Assembly: GCA_964626965.1 (NCBI GenBank)
Contig: CAZVHB010000001.1
Coordinates: 1,818 to 65,817, forward strand
Origin: an uncultured Candidatus Saccharibacteria bacterium
GTDB lineage: Bacteria; Patescibacteriota; Minisyncoccia; Phycocordibacterales; UBA9973
Reading direction: 5' to 3'
Length of the DNA: 64,000 nt
Shown here: positions 45,438-54,255 of the stretch, in pieces
Layout of the letters: each line of letters opens with the position of its first letter
How positions within the stretch are numbered: position 1 is the stretch's first letter
Notes under the pieces: generated by a model
Seen by the model: the letters and a program-made list of their open reading frames with translations, nothing else
What the model was told of the DNA's origin: nothing
Database searches by the model: none
Program-made: the position numbers and the translations under genes

Positions 45438-47963
45438 ATGAATCTCATGAAAACCATATTTCCGACTTTTTCGGATACGTTTATAAAGAAAGCCGAAAAG
45501 ATAGTAAAAGCTGTAAATACCGAAGAAGTTGAGGTGGTGAAACTCGCCGATGCTGATTTTCCAATAAAAACACAAGAACTCAAAGATAAACTTGCATCAG
45601 GTACATCAATTGATGATATTCTTCCATATGCATTTGCGCTTGTTCGTGAGGCTTCAAAACGTACACTTGGGCAACGCCACTATGATGTTCAAATTATTGG
45701 TGGATATGCACTCCACTCTGGTCATATTGCCGAAATGCGTACCGGAGAAGGAAAGACACTCGTTGGAACACTCCCTGTGTATCTCAATGCTCTGACTGGT
45801 AATGGAGTTCATGTTGTCACTGTAAATGATTACCTTGCGCGTCGTGACGCTGTGTGGATGGGTCAAGTGTATGCATTCCTCGGTCTTACTATCGGTATTA
45901 TTAATTCTCAAAACGTCTCATATCAGTATGATCCAAAACATACAGAACAAGATGAGAATCGCGACGATGTTGGGTCATTTAAGGTAGTTTATGATTTTTT
46001 ACGTCCGACTACGAGAAAAGAAGCATATGCATTAGATATCACTTACGGAACCAATAATGAATTTGGATTTGATTATCTCCGTGACAACCTCGTGGTGTCA
46101 AAAGAGCAACTCTCACAACGGCAACCTTTTTATGCAGTCGTAGATGAAATAGACTCTATTTTGATTGATGAGTCTCGTACCCCGCTTATTATTTCAAATG
46201 AATCAAGTGAATCAGAAAAACTCTATACTGATTTTGCGCGTATTGCAAAACTCCTCATAAAAGATGATGACTATAAGATAGATGAAAAACAGCACACTAT
46301 TGAAATTACTGACCAAGGGATTACCAAAGCAGAACAAATGCTTGGTATAGAAAATATTTATACAGAAAAAGGTATTAAGTATGTCCACCATCTTGAAATT
46401 GCTATCAAAGCTCAATCTCTTTATCATAAAGACAAAGAGTATGTTGTTGCTGACAATGAAATTATTATCGTTGACTCTTTTACAGGACGATTACAACCAG
46501 GACGTCGTTGGTCAGAAGGAATTCATCAAGCAATAGAGGCGAAGGAAGGTGTTGAAATTCAAAAAGAAACAAAAAGTGTCGCGACTATTACATTCCAAAA
46601 CTATTTTAGATTTTATAAAAAGCTCGCTGGTATGACAGGAACCGCAGAAACTTCCAAAGAAGAGTTTTTGAAAGTATATGGCCTTGAAGTTGTGGCTATC
46701 CCAACACACCGACCTGTGAAGCGTATTGACCAAAACGACTTTATTTTTCAAAATGAAAAAGGAAAATTCAAAGCGATTGCCAAGAAAGTAAAAACTCTTC
46801 AAGAGAAAGGACAACCAGTACTTATTGGTACTGTTTCAATTGAGAAAAATGAACTTCTCTCTGCGTACCTTTCAAGTGAAGCTGTCGCGCATACAGTACT
46901 CAATGCAAAGAACCATGAAAAAGAGGGTGCTATTATCGCAGATGCTGGACGGAAAGGTAGTGTGGTAATCGCGACAAACATGGCTGGGCGTGGAGTTGAT
47001 ATTAAACTTGGTGGATCTCATGCAACAGAGACAGAATCAGAAGAGATTAAAACTCTTGGTGGTTTATTTGTGATGGGTACAGAGCGTCATGAAGCACGCC
47101 GTATTGATAATCAGCTTCGAGGACGAGCAGGCCGACAAGGAGATCCAGGAGAAACACAATTTTATGTATCTCTTGAAGATGACCTGATGCGTATTTTCGG
47201 ACCAGATAGAATCAAAGGCATTATGACAAAACTTGGTGTTCCTGAAGATGAACCAATTCAAAATAAGATGATCTCTCGTGGGCTTGAAAGTGCACAGGAA
47301 AAAATTGAAGGATTTCACTTTGACTCTCGAAAACACACACTTGAATACGATTCTGTGATGAACCACCAGCGTGAGACAGTCTATGCTCGCCGTCGTAAAA
47401 TGGTAGAAGCAGAAAAAGCACATATAGAAGAGTATCTTGTAGAATTTATTGGGGCAGATCCGGAATATAGCGAAGAATTACAAAAGCTCATTGATGAGCG
47501 AAAGAAACTCGTCGGCGATGAGGCGTTTATTGAAACATTTCGTCGTGTCGTCCTCCATGTAACTGATATTCTCTGGGTAGAACATTTGGAAACAATGGAT
47601 TATCTGAAGTCTTCAGTGAATCTCCGTGCATATGGCCAGCGTGAGCCACTCATTGAATATAAAAAAGAAGGATTACAGCTTTTTAAAATGATGGAAATTT
47701 CATTCCGTGATCAAGTAATTAACTTCATCAAAACGATGAACACCGAGGCTAGGGTTGCAGGGTCCCAACCGATGGACGATATTAAAGAAAACTATGTTCC
47801 TCATCATGAAGAGATTGGTTCATTTGGAATAGAAGGTACTGCTGAAATGAATACTCACGCTCAACCAATTGAAGCAAAAGATAGTAAGGGGAAAGATATT
47901 GGCCGAAATGATCCTTGTTACTGCGGAAGTGGTAAAAAGTTTAAGAAGTGTCATGGAGTATAA
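45438..47963 (+). CDS. secA: Preprotein translocase ATPase SecA
   Basis: MRTGEGKTLV; DEAD-like motor domains; C-terminal zinc site CYCGSGKKFKKCHG. TGCTATAAT-N6-ATG. Confidence 0.95.
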   Translation: MNLMKTIFPTFSDTFIKKAEKIVKAVNTEEVEVVKLADADFPIKTQELKDKLASGTSIDDILPYAFALVREASKRTLGQRHYDVQIIGGYALHSGHIAEMRTGEGKTLVGTLPVYLNALTGNGVHVVTVNDYLARRDAVWMGQVYAFLGLTIGIINSQNVSYQYDPKHTEQDENRDDVGSFKVVYDFLRPTTRKEAYALDITYGTNNEFGFDYLRDNLVVSKEQLSQRQPFYAVVDEIDSILIDESRTPLIISNESSESEKLYTDFARIAKLLIKDDDYKIDEKQHTIEITDQGITKAEQMLGIENIYTEKGIKYVHHLEIAIKAQSLYHKDKEYVVADNEIIIVDSFTGRLQPGRRWSEGIHQAIEAKEGVEIQKETKSVATITFQNYFRFYKKLAGMTGTAETSKEEFLKVYGLEVVAIPTHRPVKRIDQNDFIFQNEKGKFKAIAKKVKTLQEKGQPVLIGTVSIEKNELLSAYLSSEAVAHTVLNAKNHEKEGAIIADAGRKGSVVIATNMAGRGVDIKLGGSHATETESEEIKTLGGLFVMGTERHEARRIDNQLRGRAGRQGDPGETQFYVSLEDDLMRIFGPDRIKGIMTKLGVPEDEPIQNKMISRGLESAQEKIEGFHFDSRKHTLEYDSVMNHQRETVYARRRKMVEAEKAHIEEYLVEFIGADPEYSEELQKLIDERKKLVGDEAFIETFRRVVLHVTDILWVEHLETMDYLKSSVNLRAYGQREPLIEYKKEGLQLFKMMEISFRDQVINFIKTMNTEARVAGSQPMDDIKENYVPHHEEIGSFGIEGTAEMNTHAQPIEAKDSKGKDIGRNDPCYCGSGKKFKKCHGV

Positions 47964-48007
47964 GAGAGAATGCTAAATTCTAAATGTTAAATGCTAAAAT
48001 AGAAACC

Positions 48008-48045
48008 AAAACAGCAGGGCGCCAAAGGCGCCCTGCTGTTTTCTG
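48008..48045 (+). terminator. GC-clamp terminator (ACAGCAGGGCGCC-aaa-GGCGCCCTGCTGT)
   Basis: Same hairpin design as at 33797, 39240, 57183 and 60530. Confidence 0.85.
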
Positions 48046-48067
48046 TTGATTATGCTATAATGCATAT

Positions 48068-48394
48068 ATGAATAGTGAAAATGTAAAACTCGTCGTTTTT
48101 GTTCCAATAAGTCATGCAGATATTGTTCGAGAAACGCTGGGAAAAGCTGGAGCAGGAAAAATCGGTAACTACACTTTTTGTTCTTTTTCCGTATCTGGGT
48201 ACGGGCGGTTCTTGCCTGAGCAAGGTGCAACTCCCGCTATTGGGGAGGTCGGTGTATTTGAAAAAGTTGAAGAAGAAAGAATCGAAGTTGTTTGTCCGAC
48301 TGGAATAATAAAAGATGTAATACAGGCCATGAAGGCGGCTCATCCTTATGAAGAAATTGCTTATGAGGTATATCCACTCTTGAATTTTGAATAA
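48068..48394 (+). CDS. Small PII/CutA-like fold protein resembling the insert domain of the Nif3/YqfO family
   Basis: ...GNYTFCSFSVSGYGRFLP..GA.P.IGEVG..E.V.E.RIEVVCP......V..A....HPYEE.AYEVYPL. TGCTATAAT-N6-ATG. Confidence 0.45.
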   Translation: MNSENVKLVVFVPISHADIVRETLGKAGAGKIGNYTFCSFSVSGYGRFLPEQGATPAIGEVGVFEKVEEERIEVVCPTGIIKDVIQAMKAAHPYEEIAYEVYPLLNFE

Positions 48395-48397
48395 TTT

Positions 48398-48845
48398 ATG
48401 AAAACAATCATGACTCTCTGTATTATCCGAGATGGAGACAATATCCTACTTGCCGAGAAGAAGCGAGGATTTGGTGTTGGCTATTGGAATGGCTATGGAG
48501 GCAAGCTCGAGGATGGGGAGACAATAGAACAAGCACTCGTACGAGAAGTTAAAGAAGAATCTGGACTGGATCTCCTTGAATACAAAAAACGGGGGGGAGA
48601 TGGAATTTCATCTCTCTGATGGAGCAATAAAAGAGGTTCATATATATGAAGGGGTGAAATGGGTAGGAGAGCCAGTTGAAACTGAGGAAATGCGACCCGC
48701 TTGGTTCTCTATCTCTCATATTCCTATGGAGAATATGTGGGCAAGCGACCTCCATTGGTATCCATCTTTCCTCAAACGAGAGGATTTTCGAGGTAGAATA
48801 GACTTTGATGAAAACAAGCAGGTAACTGCTATAAAAATGTACTAA
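48398..48845 (+). pseudogene. Nudix hydrolase (MutT/MTH1-like) disrupted by a 1-nt frameshift in the A6CG7 homopolymer at 48584-48597
   Basis: The N-terminal part (48398-48619) carries the Nudix box GGKLEDGETIEQALVREVKEESGL. The C-terminal part (48576-48845, +1 frame) carries W..ISHIPME.MW..D..W.P. Deleting one A or one G gives a contiguous ~150-aa protein. Confidence 0.65.
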
Positions 48846-48939
48846 TTATATTGACTAAAGTCAAGTAAATATGACATAAAAAGCCTTATAAAATAAGGCT
48901 TTTTATGATTTGACAAGAGGTAAAAATATTGTGTAGCTA

Positions 48940-48968
48940 TTGACAAAATTGACGGAGTTTGCTAGTAT
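48940..48968 (+). promoter_or_regulatory. Sigma70 promoter TTGACA-17-TAGTAT with a ~125-nt structured leader
   Basis: Consensus hexamers. The leader contains the palindrome ggcctaattggcc and a ggcggagcgaaatcgcc hairpin. Confidence 0.5.
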
Positions 48969-49096
48969 ATAACCAGAACCTAGAGTATTGAGTACAGTTT
49001 ATTGTAATCAATAATATAAGGTTTTTTTGTTTCTTGGCCTAATTGGCCTAGAAATAGAAATCAGTTTTGGTGTTTGGCGGAGCGAAATCGCCAGTT

Positions 49097-49684
49097 ATGA
49101 CTTTGCATAAGATTGCAAAACCTCTACAGATCTTTGCTGTTCTTCCTATTTTAACAGCAAACGTTGTATCGGCGACACCACTGTTGCCTGTACAAGATAA
49201 CGTCCCCACTGTAGTTGTATCGCAGAATGAACAAAATGGGCTCCTTTTTGGAAAGAAGCTTGATAACAAACAAGCTGAACTCGAAGAAAAGGCACAAAAA
49301 ATTGACAATTATTTTAAAAGTAAAAATCTACCTATGGCAGGATATGGTAAGAAGTTCGTAGAAGAAGCTGAGAAAAACGGCCTCCCATACAATCTTTTGC
49401 CGGCAGTCGGTATGATAGAAACTACTGGAGGTAAGTTTGCTTGTAAAAAAGTAGCCTTTAGTTGGTTCGGATGGGGATCATGTAAAATTCCTTTCCAATC
49501 TGTCGACGAATCTATCGAGAAAATTTCTCACCACCTTGGTGGAAATCACCCGAAGACCTCACGGTATTATGACGGCAAGGATGTTGACGGTATTCTTAAA
49601 TCGTACAACCCACCTTCTGTTGTTCCAGACTATAGTGCGAAAGTTCAGAGAGTTATGACTGCGATTGATAATCAACCAGTCTAA
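49097..49684 (+). CDS. Hypothetical secreted protein
   Basis: Signal peptide MTLHKIAKPLQIFAVLPILTANVVSA. No firm domain. Confidence 0.5.
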   Translation: MTLHKIAKPLQIFAVLPILTANVVSATPLLPVQDNVPTVVVSQNEQNGLLFGKKLDNKQAELEEKAQKIDNYFKSKNLPMAGYGKKFVEEAEKNGLPYNLLPAVGMIETTGGKFACKKVAFSWFGWGSCKIPFQSVDESIEKISHHLGGNHPKTSRYYDGKDVDGILKSYNPPSVVPDYSAKVQRVMTAIDNQPV

Positions 49685-49685
49685 A

Positions 49686-49727
49686 ACAAAAAACCATCAA
49701 GCAATTGATGGTTTTTTGTTTTTTTGG
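49686..49727 (+). terminator. Rho-independent terminator
   Basis: aaaaaaccatcaa-gcaa-ttgatggtttttt followed by gtttttttgg. Confidence 0.85.
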
Positions 49728-49768
49728 TACACTATTTTTATTATAAGTAATCTCATAATTAACATTGA

Positions 49769-50347
49769 ATGAATAAAAATTATATTTTTCTTACGCTCGT
49801 CGTGATTGTCATTATTGCTTTTGCGTATGTTGTTGTAAAACGGACACAGAAACCGGTGGACCTTTTAAGTACTGAAGGTGCCATACAGTTACAAAATGAA
49901 ACTCCTACACCAGCTCTTGTTGAACAAAATACAACAGCGGGTGTAGAAACACAATTAACAGGTAATGAAAAAAAATATATGAATGACGCTGATGTAAAAA
50001 CACTCGATATACAAGTAACAAAAGAAGGTACAGGAACAGTGGTTTCTAAAAAAGGAGATCATTTGACTATGAATTATACAGGGAAGCTTTTGAATGGAAC
50101 TTCTTTTGACTCTAATATTGATCCGAAATTTCAGCACGTAGCACCATTTGATTTTATTATTGGTGCTGGGATGGTGATACAAGGATGGGAACAAGGACTT
50201 TTAGGTATGAAAGTAGGTGAAAAACGGACATTGACCATACCAGCAGGTATGGCTTATGGGGCACAGAGTCCAAGTCCAGCTATCCCAGCAAATTCAGCTC
50301 TTGTGTTTGATGTAGAGCTTTTGAAAATAACTCCTCCGGTGAAATAA
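49769..50347 (+). CDS. FKBP-type peptidyl-prolyl cis-trans isomerase with an N-terminal TM anchor
   Basis: GDHLTMNYTGKLLNGTSFDSN......F.F.IG.G.VIQGWEQGLLGMKVGEKR.L.IP..MAYG; LVFDVELLKI. Confidence 0.9.
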   Translation: MNKNYIFLTLVVIVIIAFAYVVVKRTQKPVDLLSTEGAIQLQNETPTPALVEQNTTAGVETQLTGNEKKYMNDADVKTLDIQVTKEGTGTVVSKKGDHLTMNYTGKLLNGTSFDSNIDPKFQHVAPFDFIIGAGMVIQGWEQGLLGMKVGEKRTLTIPAGMAYGAQSPSPAIPANSALVFDVELLKITPPVK

Positions 50348-50364
50348 AGTCGTATTGATTTAGA

Positions 50365-50403
50365 AAAAAGAGATGCATGGCGTAGCCATGCATCTCTTTT
50401 TTA
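50365..50403 (+). terminator. Rho-independent terminator
   Basis: aaaaaagagatgcatggc-gta-gccatgcatctctttttt. Confidence 0.85.
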
Positions 50404-50443
50404 GTGTGTTTAAACTCTTACGTTAATATGCTAGTATGTATAT

Positions 50444-52033
50444 ATGCAAGAAAAAATAAAAAAATTTTTAGGAAAAACGAAAAAAACAACTACCACCACT
50501 CTTAAAACTGTAAGTGATACAACTGAACAAAAATTTCCTAAGGTGTATGCATATATGTTTAAGCATAAGAAAAAATTGTACTGGATTGTTCCAGTAGTTT
50601 TATTGCTTGGGTATTTTGTTTTTAAGCCAAAAAGTATTGACCTAAATACGATTACAGTTGTTCCTGTCGAGACTAAAACTCTCACCTCTACTGTGAAGGC
50701 GAGTGGTAAGGTAACATCACAAGTTGATCTAGAGCTTTCATTTAAGAAATCTGACCTCGTGGACTCTGTACTTGTTTCCGTTGGTCAAACAGTCAAAAAA
50801 GGTCAAATTCTCGCAACACTCAAAAATCAAACTGAGCTCGGTGGTGTGATTCAAGCACGTGGGTCATTAGCTAGAGTTCTCGAAGGTGCGAGTACTGAAG
50901 AGGAACGCGTTGCAGAAGTTTTGTTGGAGAATGCACAAAAGGATCTAGTAAATACAAAAAGACAACAAGAAAAAAATATTGAAAATGCATATCGTACACT
51001 TTTGTCATCGAGCTTACAAGCAATACCTAATACATCTCTCTATTTTGCAACAGTTTCTAATCCAGCAGTGCTTGGAACATACACAGGTTCACAAGAAGGA
51101 ACGTACCGTATTGAGGTATATACTTCAAGTGGTGGGTATGGATTTTATGTAACAGGATTAAACACCACGAGTGGGTCAGTATCTGCTACAAGCCCAACTC
51201 TAATTGGGCACGGTCTATCTTTACAATTTCCAACAGATTTCAATCTTGGTTCAAATAGTGTGTGGAATATCACTGTTCCAAATAAAAATGGGGCTCTGTA
51301 TACCACAAATCTCAATACGTATGAATCAGTAAAGACAACAGCTGAAAGTCTTATCTCGTCAGCTCAATCTATTGTCTCTCAGAGAGAAGCAGAACTTGCA
51401 TTAAAGAAAGCAAAACCAAGAAACGGAGATGTTCTTACTGCTGAAGGTCAGCTACAAAATGCTCTTGGTATTTACGAGGGTACTGTTATCCGTGCTCCAG
51501 CTGATGGTGTTGTGACTAAAGTCTCGATTAAACCAGGAGAGTTAGCAAAAGCGCTAGAGTCAAGTATTGTGATTCAGGATGTATCAAAACTCTATGTAGA
51601 GGCAAATATCAATGAGTCAAACATTACGACTATTCTTGCAGGGCAACCAGTGAGTTTTACTATTGATGCATTTGGTTCAACCCGTGTTTTCTCAGGAACG
51701 GTGATTCAAGTTGACCTAGCACCAACAGTTGCTGATGGTATCGTAAACTATGTGGTTCGAGCATCACTTGATGATACTGATCCACTGATTAAATCAGGAA
51801 TGAACGCAAATCTTACCATTACTACAGGTACAAAAGAGAACGTCCTTGCTATCCCTGGTGCAAGTATTACAAAAGTAGATGATCAGCAAATAGTAAAGAA
51901 AATCACCGATGTAAAGAAAAAGAAGTTTGTAGAAGTTTCCGTGTCTACTGGAATTATGGGTGATGGGAATATGACTGAGATTACGAGCGGACTTACTACT
52001 GGTGATAGTGTTGCACTTATTGAAGCTAAATAG
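50444..52033 (+). CDS. HlyD/MacA-family periplasmic adaptor (membrane fusion protein) with a long inserted domain
   Basis: N-terminal TM helix; biotinyl/lipoyl-like GQTVKKGQILATL; C-terminal beta-barrel GTVIRAPADGVVTKV. TGCTAGTAT-N6-ATG. Confidence 0.7.
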   Translation: MQEKIKKFLGKTKKTTTTTLKTVSDTTEQKFPKVYAYMFKHKKKLYWIVPVVLLLGYFVFKPKSIDLNTITVVPVETKTLTSTVKASGKVTSQVDLELSFKKSDLVDSVLVSVGQTVKKGQILATLKNQTELGGVIQARGSLARVLEGASTEEERVAEVLLENAQKDLVNTKRQQEKNIENAYRTLLSSSLQAIPNTSLYFATVSNPAVLGTYTGSQEGTYRIEVYTSSGGYGFYVTGLNTTSGSVSATSPTLIGHGLSLQFPTDFNLGSNSVWNITVPNKNGALYTTNLNTYESVKTTAESLISSAQSIVSQREAELALKKAKPRNGDVLTAEGQLQNALGIYEGTVIRAPADGVVTKVSIKPGELAKALESSIVIQDVSKLYVEANINESNITTILAGQPVSFTIDAFGSTRVFSGTVIQVDLAPTVADGIVNYVVRASLDDTDPLIKSGMNANLTITTGTKENVLAIPGASITKVDDQQIVKKITDVKKKKFVEVSVSTGIMGDGNMTEITSGLTTGDSVALIEAK

Positions 52034-52040
52034 AAATGAT

Positions 52041-52117
52041 TGTCATTCCGGACTTGATCCGGAATCTAGGACTACCTATACTATACATCTGGATCCTGAA
52101 TCGAGTTCAGGATGACA
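52041..52117. repeat. Palindromic two-hairpin repeat element, copy C (77 bp), sitting inside the transporter operon spacer
   Basis: The left arm is canonical. The right arm carries compensatory changes (atcctgaa-tcgag-ttcaggat) that preserve the hairpin. Confidence 0.8.
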
Positions 52118-52131
52118 CCATAAATTACAAA

Positions 52132-53436
52132 ATGACCACACATACACATCATCTTACAAATAAAGAATTACTCAAAAAAGAAAATTCGTTTTCTTTAAAT
52201 CTCCGTGTTGGTTGGTTTTTAGCAAAACGTGATATCAAGCGTGCAAATATTTGGACAACATTACTCATTGTGATGGTGATGATGTTTACTTTTTTGAACC
52301 TTGTCGTCGTCTCTGGTATTTTAGTCGGGCTCATTGAAGGATCAGAGAATTCAGCTCGTGAATATGGTACAGGAGATGTTGTTATTTCGTCATTTTTAAA
52401 TAAATCAAATATAGAAAACACTCCTGAAGTTATAGATATTGTCAAAACACTTCCTGGGTATGAGTCACACACCGTAAGATACACTGCAAGTGCACGTATT
52501 GAATCTGACTACCGTTCGACGGTCAAACCGGGTGAATTACGAAATGGTGCCGGAGGCGTACTTTCAGGTATTGATCCAGTCCAAGAAGAAAAGTTTTCTG
52601 GGTATTCTAAATTTATCATGCGTGGTGAACCACTTACTTCTACTGATTTTGATAGTGTGCTCATCGGTAAAAATTTACTGTACGAATTTACCCCCATCGA
52701 AGCTCCAGGATTCCAGACTCTCAAAAATGTGGAGATAGGTGACAAAGTGAAAGTGACGGTTGGTAAAAACAGTAAAGAATATTTTGTTAAAGGGATTTTA
52801 AAATCCAAAGTTGATGAATTTGATAGTACTATTTTAGCTGTTGATAGTGAAGTCCGTAAATTAACAGGCGCAAATGATTTGAATGCTGACGGCATCTCTA
52901 TCAAGCTTAAAGATGGATATACTGATCTGAGTGCTAAACAGTTTTTGGTAAATAGTGGTGTTGGTGAATGGGCTCGAATTCAAACGTTCGAAGAGGCGAT
53001 TCCTAAATTCTTAAAAGATATTAAAGGTACTTTTGCAATCCTTGGAAATGCTATTTCGGGTATTGGGCTCATCGTTGCATGTATCACCATCTTCATCGTG
53101 ATTTTTGTTAATGCGATTACGCGTCGTCGGTTTATTGGAATCTTGAAGGGGATTGGTATCAATCGCCGAGCGATACTGTATTCATATATGATGCAGGCGA
53201 TTATTTATGCTTTGTTTGGTATTGCGATTGGTATGTTTTTAACTTTTACTCTCATTAAGCCGAGTATCGCTGCTCATCCAATCGATTTTCCGTTCTCTGA
53301 TGGTATTCTTGTTGCGACTGTTCCTGGTACAATACAGCGTGCAATTATATTACTCATTGCGACCATTATTGCTGGGTATATTCCAGCGCGGATTGTGGTC
53401 AAGCAAAATACATTAAGTGCAATTTTAGGAAGATAA
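52132..53436 (+). CDS. ABC transporter permease, FtsX/MacB family
   Basis: Four TM helices with a large periplasmic loop; C-terminal FtsX motifs GIGINRRAIL. Start at the ATG at 52132 (the ORF track extends upstream across the repeat). Confidence 0.8.
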   Translation: MTTHTHHLTNKELLKKENSFSLNLRVGWFLAKRDIKRANIWTTLLIVMVMMFTFLNLVVVSGILVGLIEGSENSAREYGTGDVVISSFLNKSNIENTPEVIDIVKTLPGYESHTVRYTASARIESDYRSTVKPGELRNGAGGVLSGIDPVQEEKFSGYSKFIMRGEPLTSTDFDSVLIGKNLLYEFTPIEAPGFQTLKNVEIGDKVKVTVGKNSKEYFVKGILKSKVDEFDSTILAVDSEVRKLTGANDLNADGISIKLKDGYTDLSAKQFLVNSGVGEWARIQTFEEAIPKFLKDIKGTFAILGNAISGIGLIVACITIFIVIFVNAITRRRFIGILKGIGINRRAILYSYMMQAIIYALFGIAIGMFLTFTLIKPSIAAHPIDFPFSDGILVATVPGTIQRAIILLIATIIAGYIPARIVVKQNTLSAILGR

Positions 53437-53441
53437 ATAAT

Positions 53442-54119
53442 ATGATACAAGTAAAAGATTTAAGAAAAGTTTTTAAAAGTGGAGATAGTGAGATTGTGGC
53501 GCTCAAGGATTTGACCTTCTCAGTCCCGAAAGGGCAGTTTTTGACCATAACAGGAAAGTCAGGTAGTGGAAAATCGACACTCTTATACCAATTGAGTCTT
53601 CTTGATACTCCAACTGCGGGATCGATTAAAATTGAGAATCAAGAAATGATTGGTCTGTCTGAAAATGAACGAACACAAATTCGTCTTAATAATCTCGGAT
53701 ATATTTTTCAAGACTATGCGATTATTCCAACGCTTACTGCACTTGAAAATACAATGGTCCCACTTCTTCAGCAAGGGTATTCTGAAAAAGAAGCAAAAGA
53801 TATTGCGATAAGTGCACTCGGTAAAGTCGAGATGCTTAATCGCCTTGATAATCTCCCGAGTGCACTATCGGGCGGACAACAACAGCGTGTCGCTATTGCG
53901 CGTGCTATAGCACATAAACCAAAAATTATTTTTGCTGATGAACCTACTGCAAACCTCGACTCTGAAACATCCGACCAAGTCATTAAGACGTTTTTGGAAT
54001 TGAGTAAAGAAGGGCAGACCATTATTATGGTGACGCACGAACCAGAGTATGCAAAGCTCTCTGATCGGACAATTTTCCTCGTTGACGGAGCTCTTGTAAG
54101 TGATATAAATAATAAGTAG
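53442..54119 (+). CDS. ABC transporter ATP-binding protein (MacB/LolD-like)
   Basis: Walker A GKSGSGKST; signature LSGGQQQRVAIARA; Walker B IIFADEPT. Confidence 0.9.
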   Translation: MIQVKDLRKVFKSGDSEIVALKDLTFSVPKGQFLTITGKSGSGKSTLLYQLSLLDTPTAGSIKIENQEMIGLSENERTQIRLNNLGYIFQDYAIIPTLTALENTMVPLLQQGYSEKEAKDIAISALGKVEMLNRLDNLPSALSGGQQQRVAIARAIAHKPKIIFADEPTANLDSETSDQVIKTFLELSKEGQTIIMVTHEPEYAKLSDRTIFLVDGALVSDINNK

Positions 54120-54159
54120 ATTGATTTTTTAGCTCATATCCTATTTCGCTTAGGAATAT

Positions 54160-54201
54160 AAAGACCATATATTGACAAATATATGGTCTTTATGCTATAA
54201 T
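54160..54201 (+). promoter_or_regulatory. Sigma70 promoter TTGACA-17-TATAAT whose -35 element is centred in a 13-bp perfect palindrome (AAAGACCATATAT-N6-ATATATGGTCTTT)
   Basis: Operator-like dyad overlapping the -35. The MutS-like gene lies downstream. Confidence 0.55.
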
Positions 54202-54255
54202 AAGGAAAATATTTTCGTAATTTTTCAATTAAATAAACAATAAAATTCTATTCAC

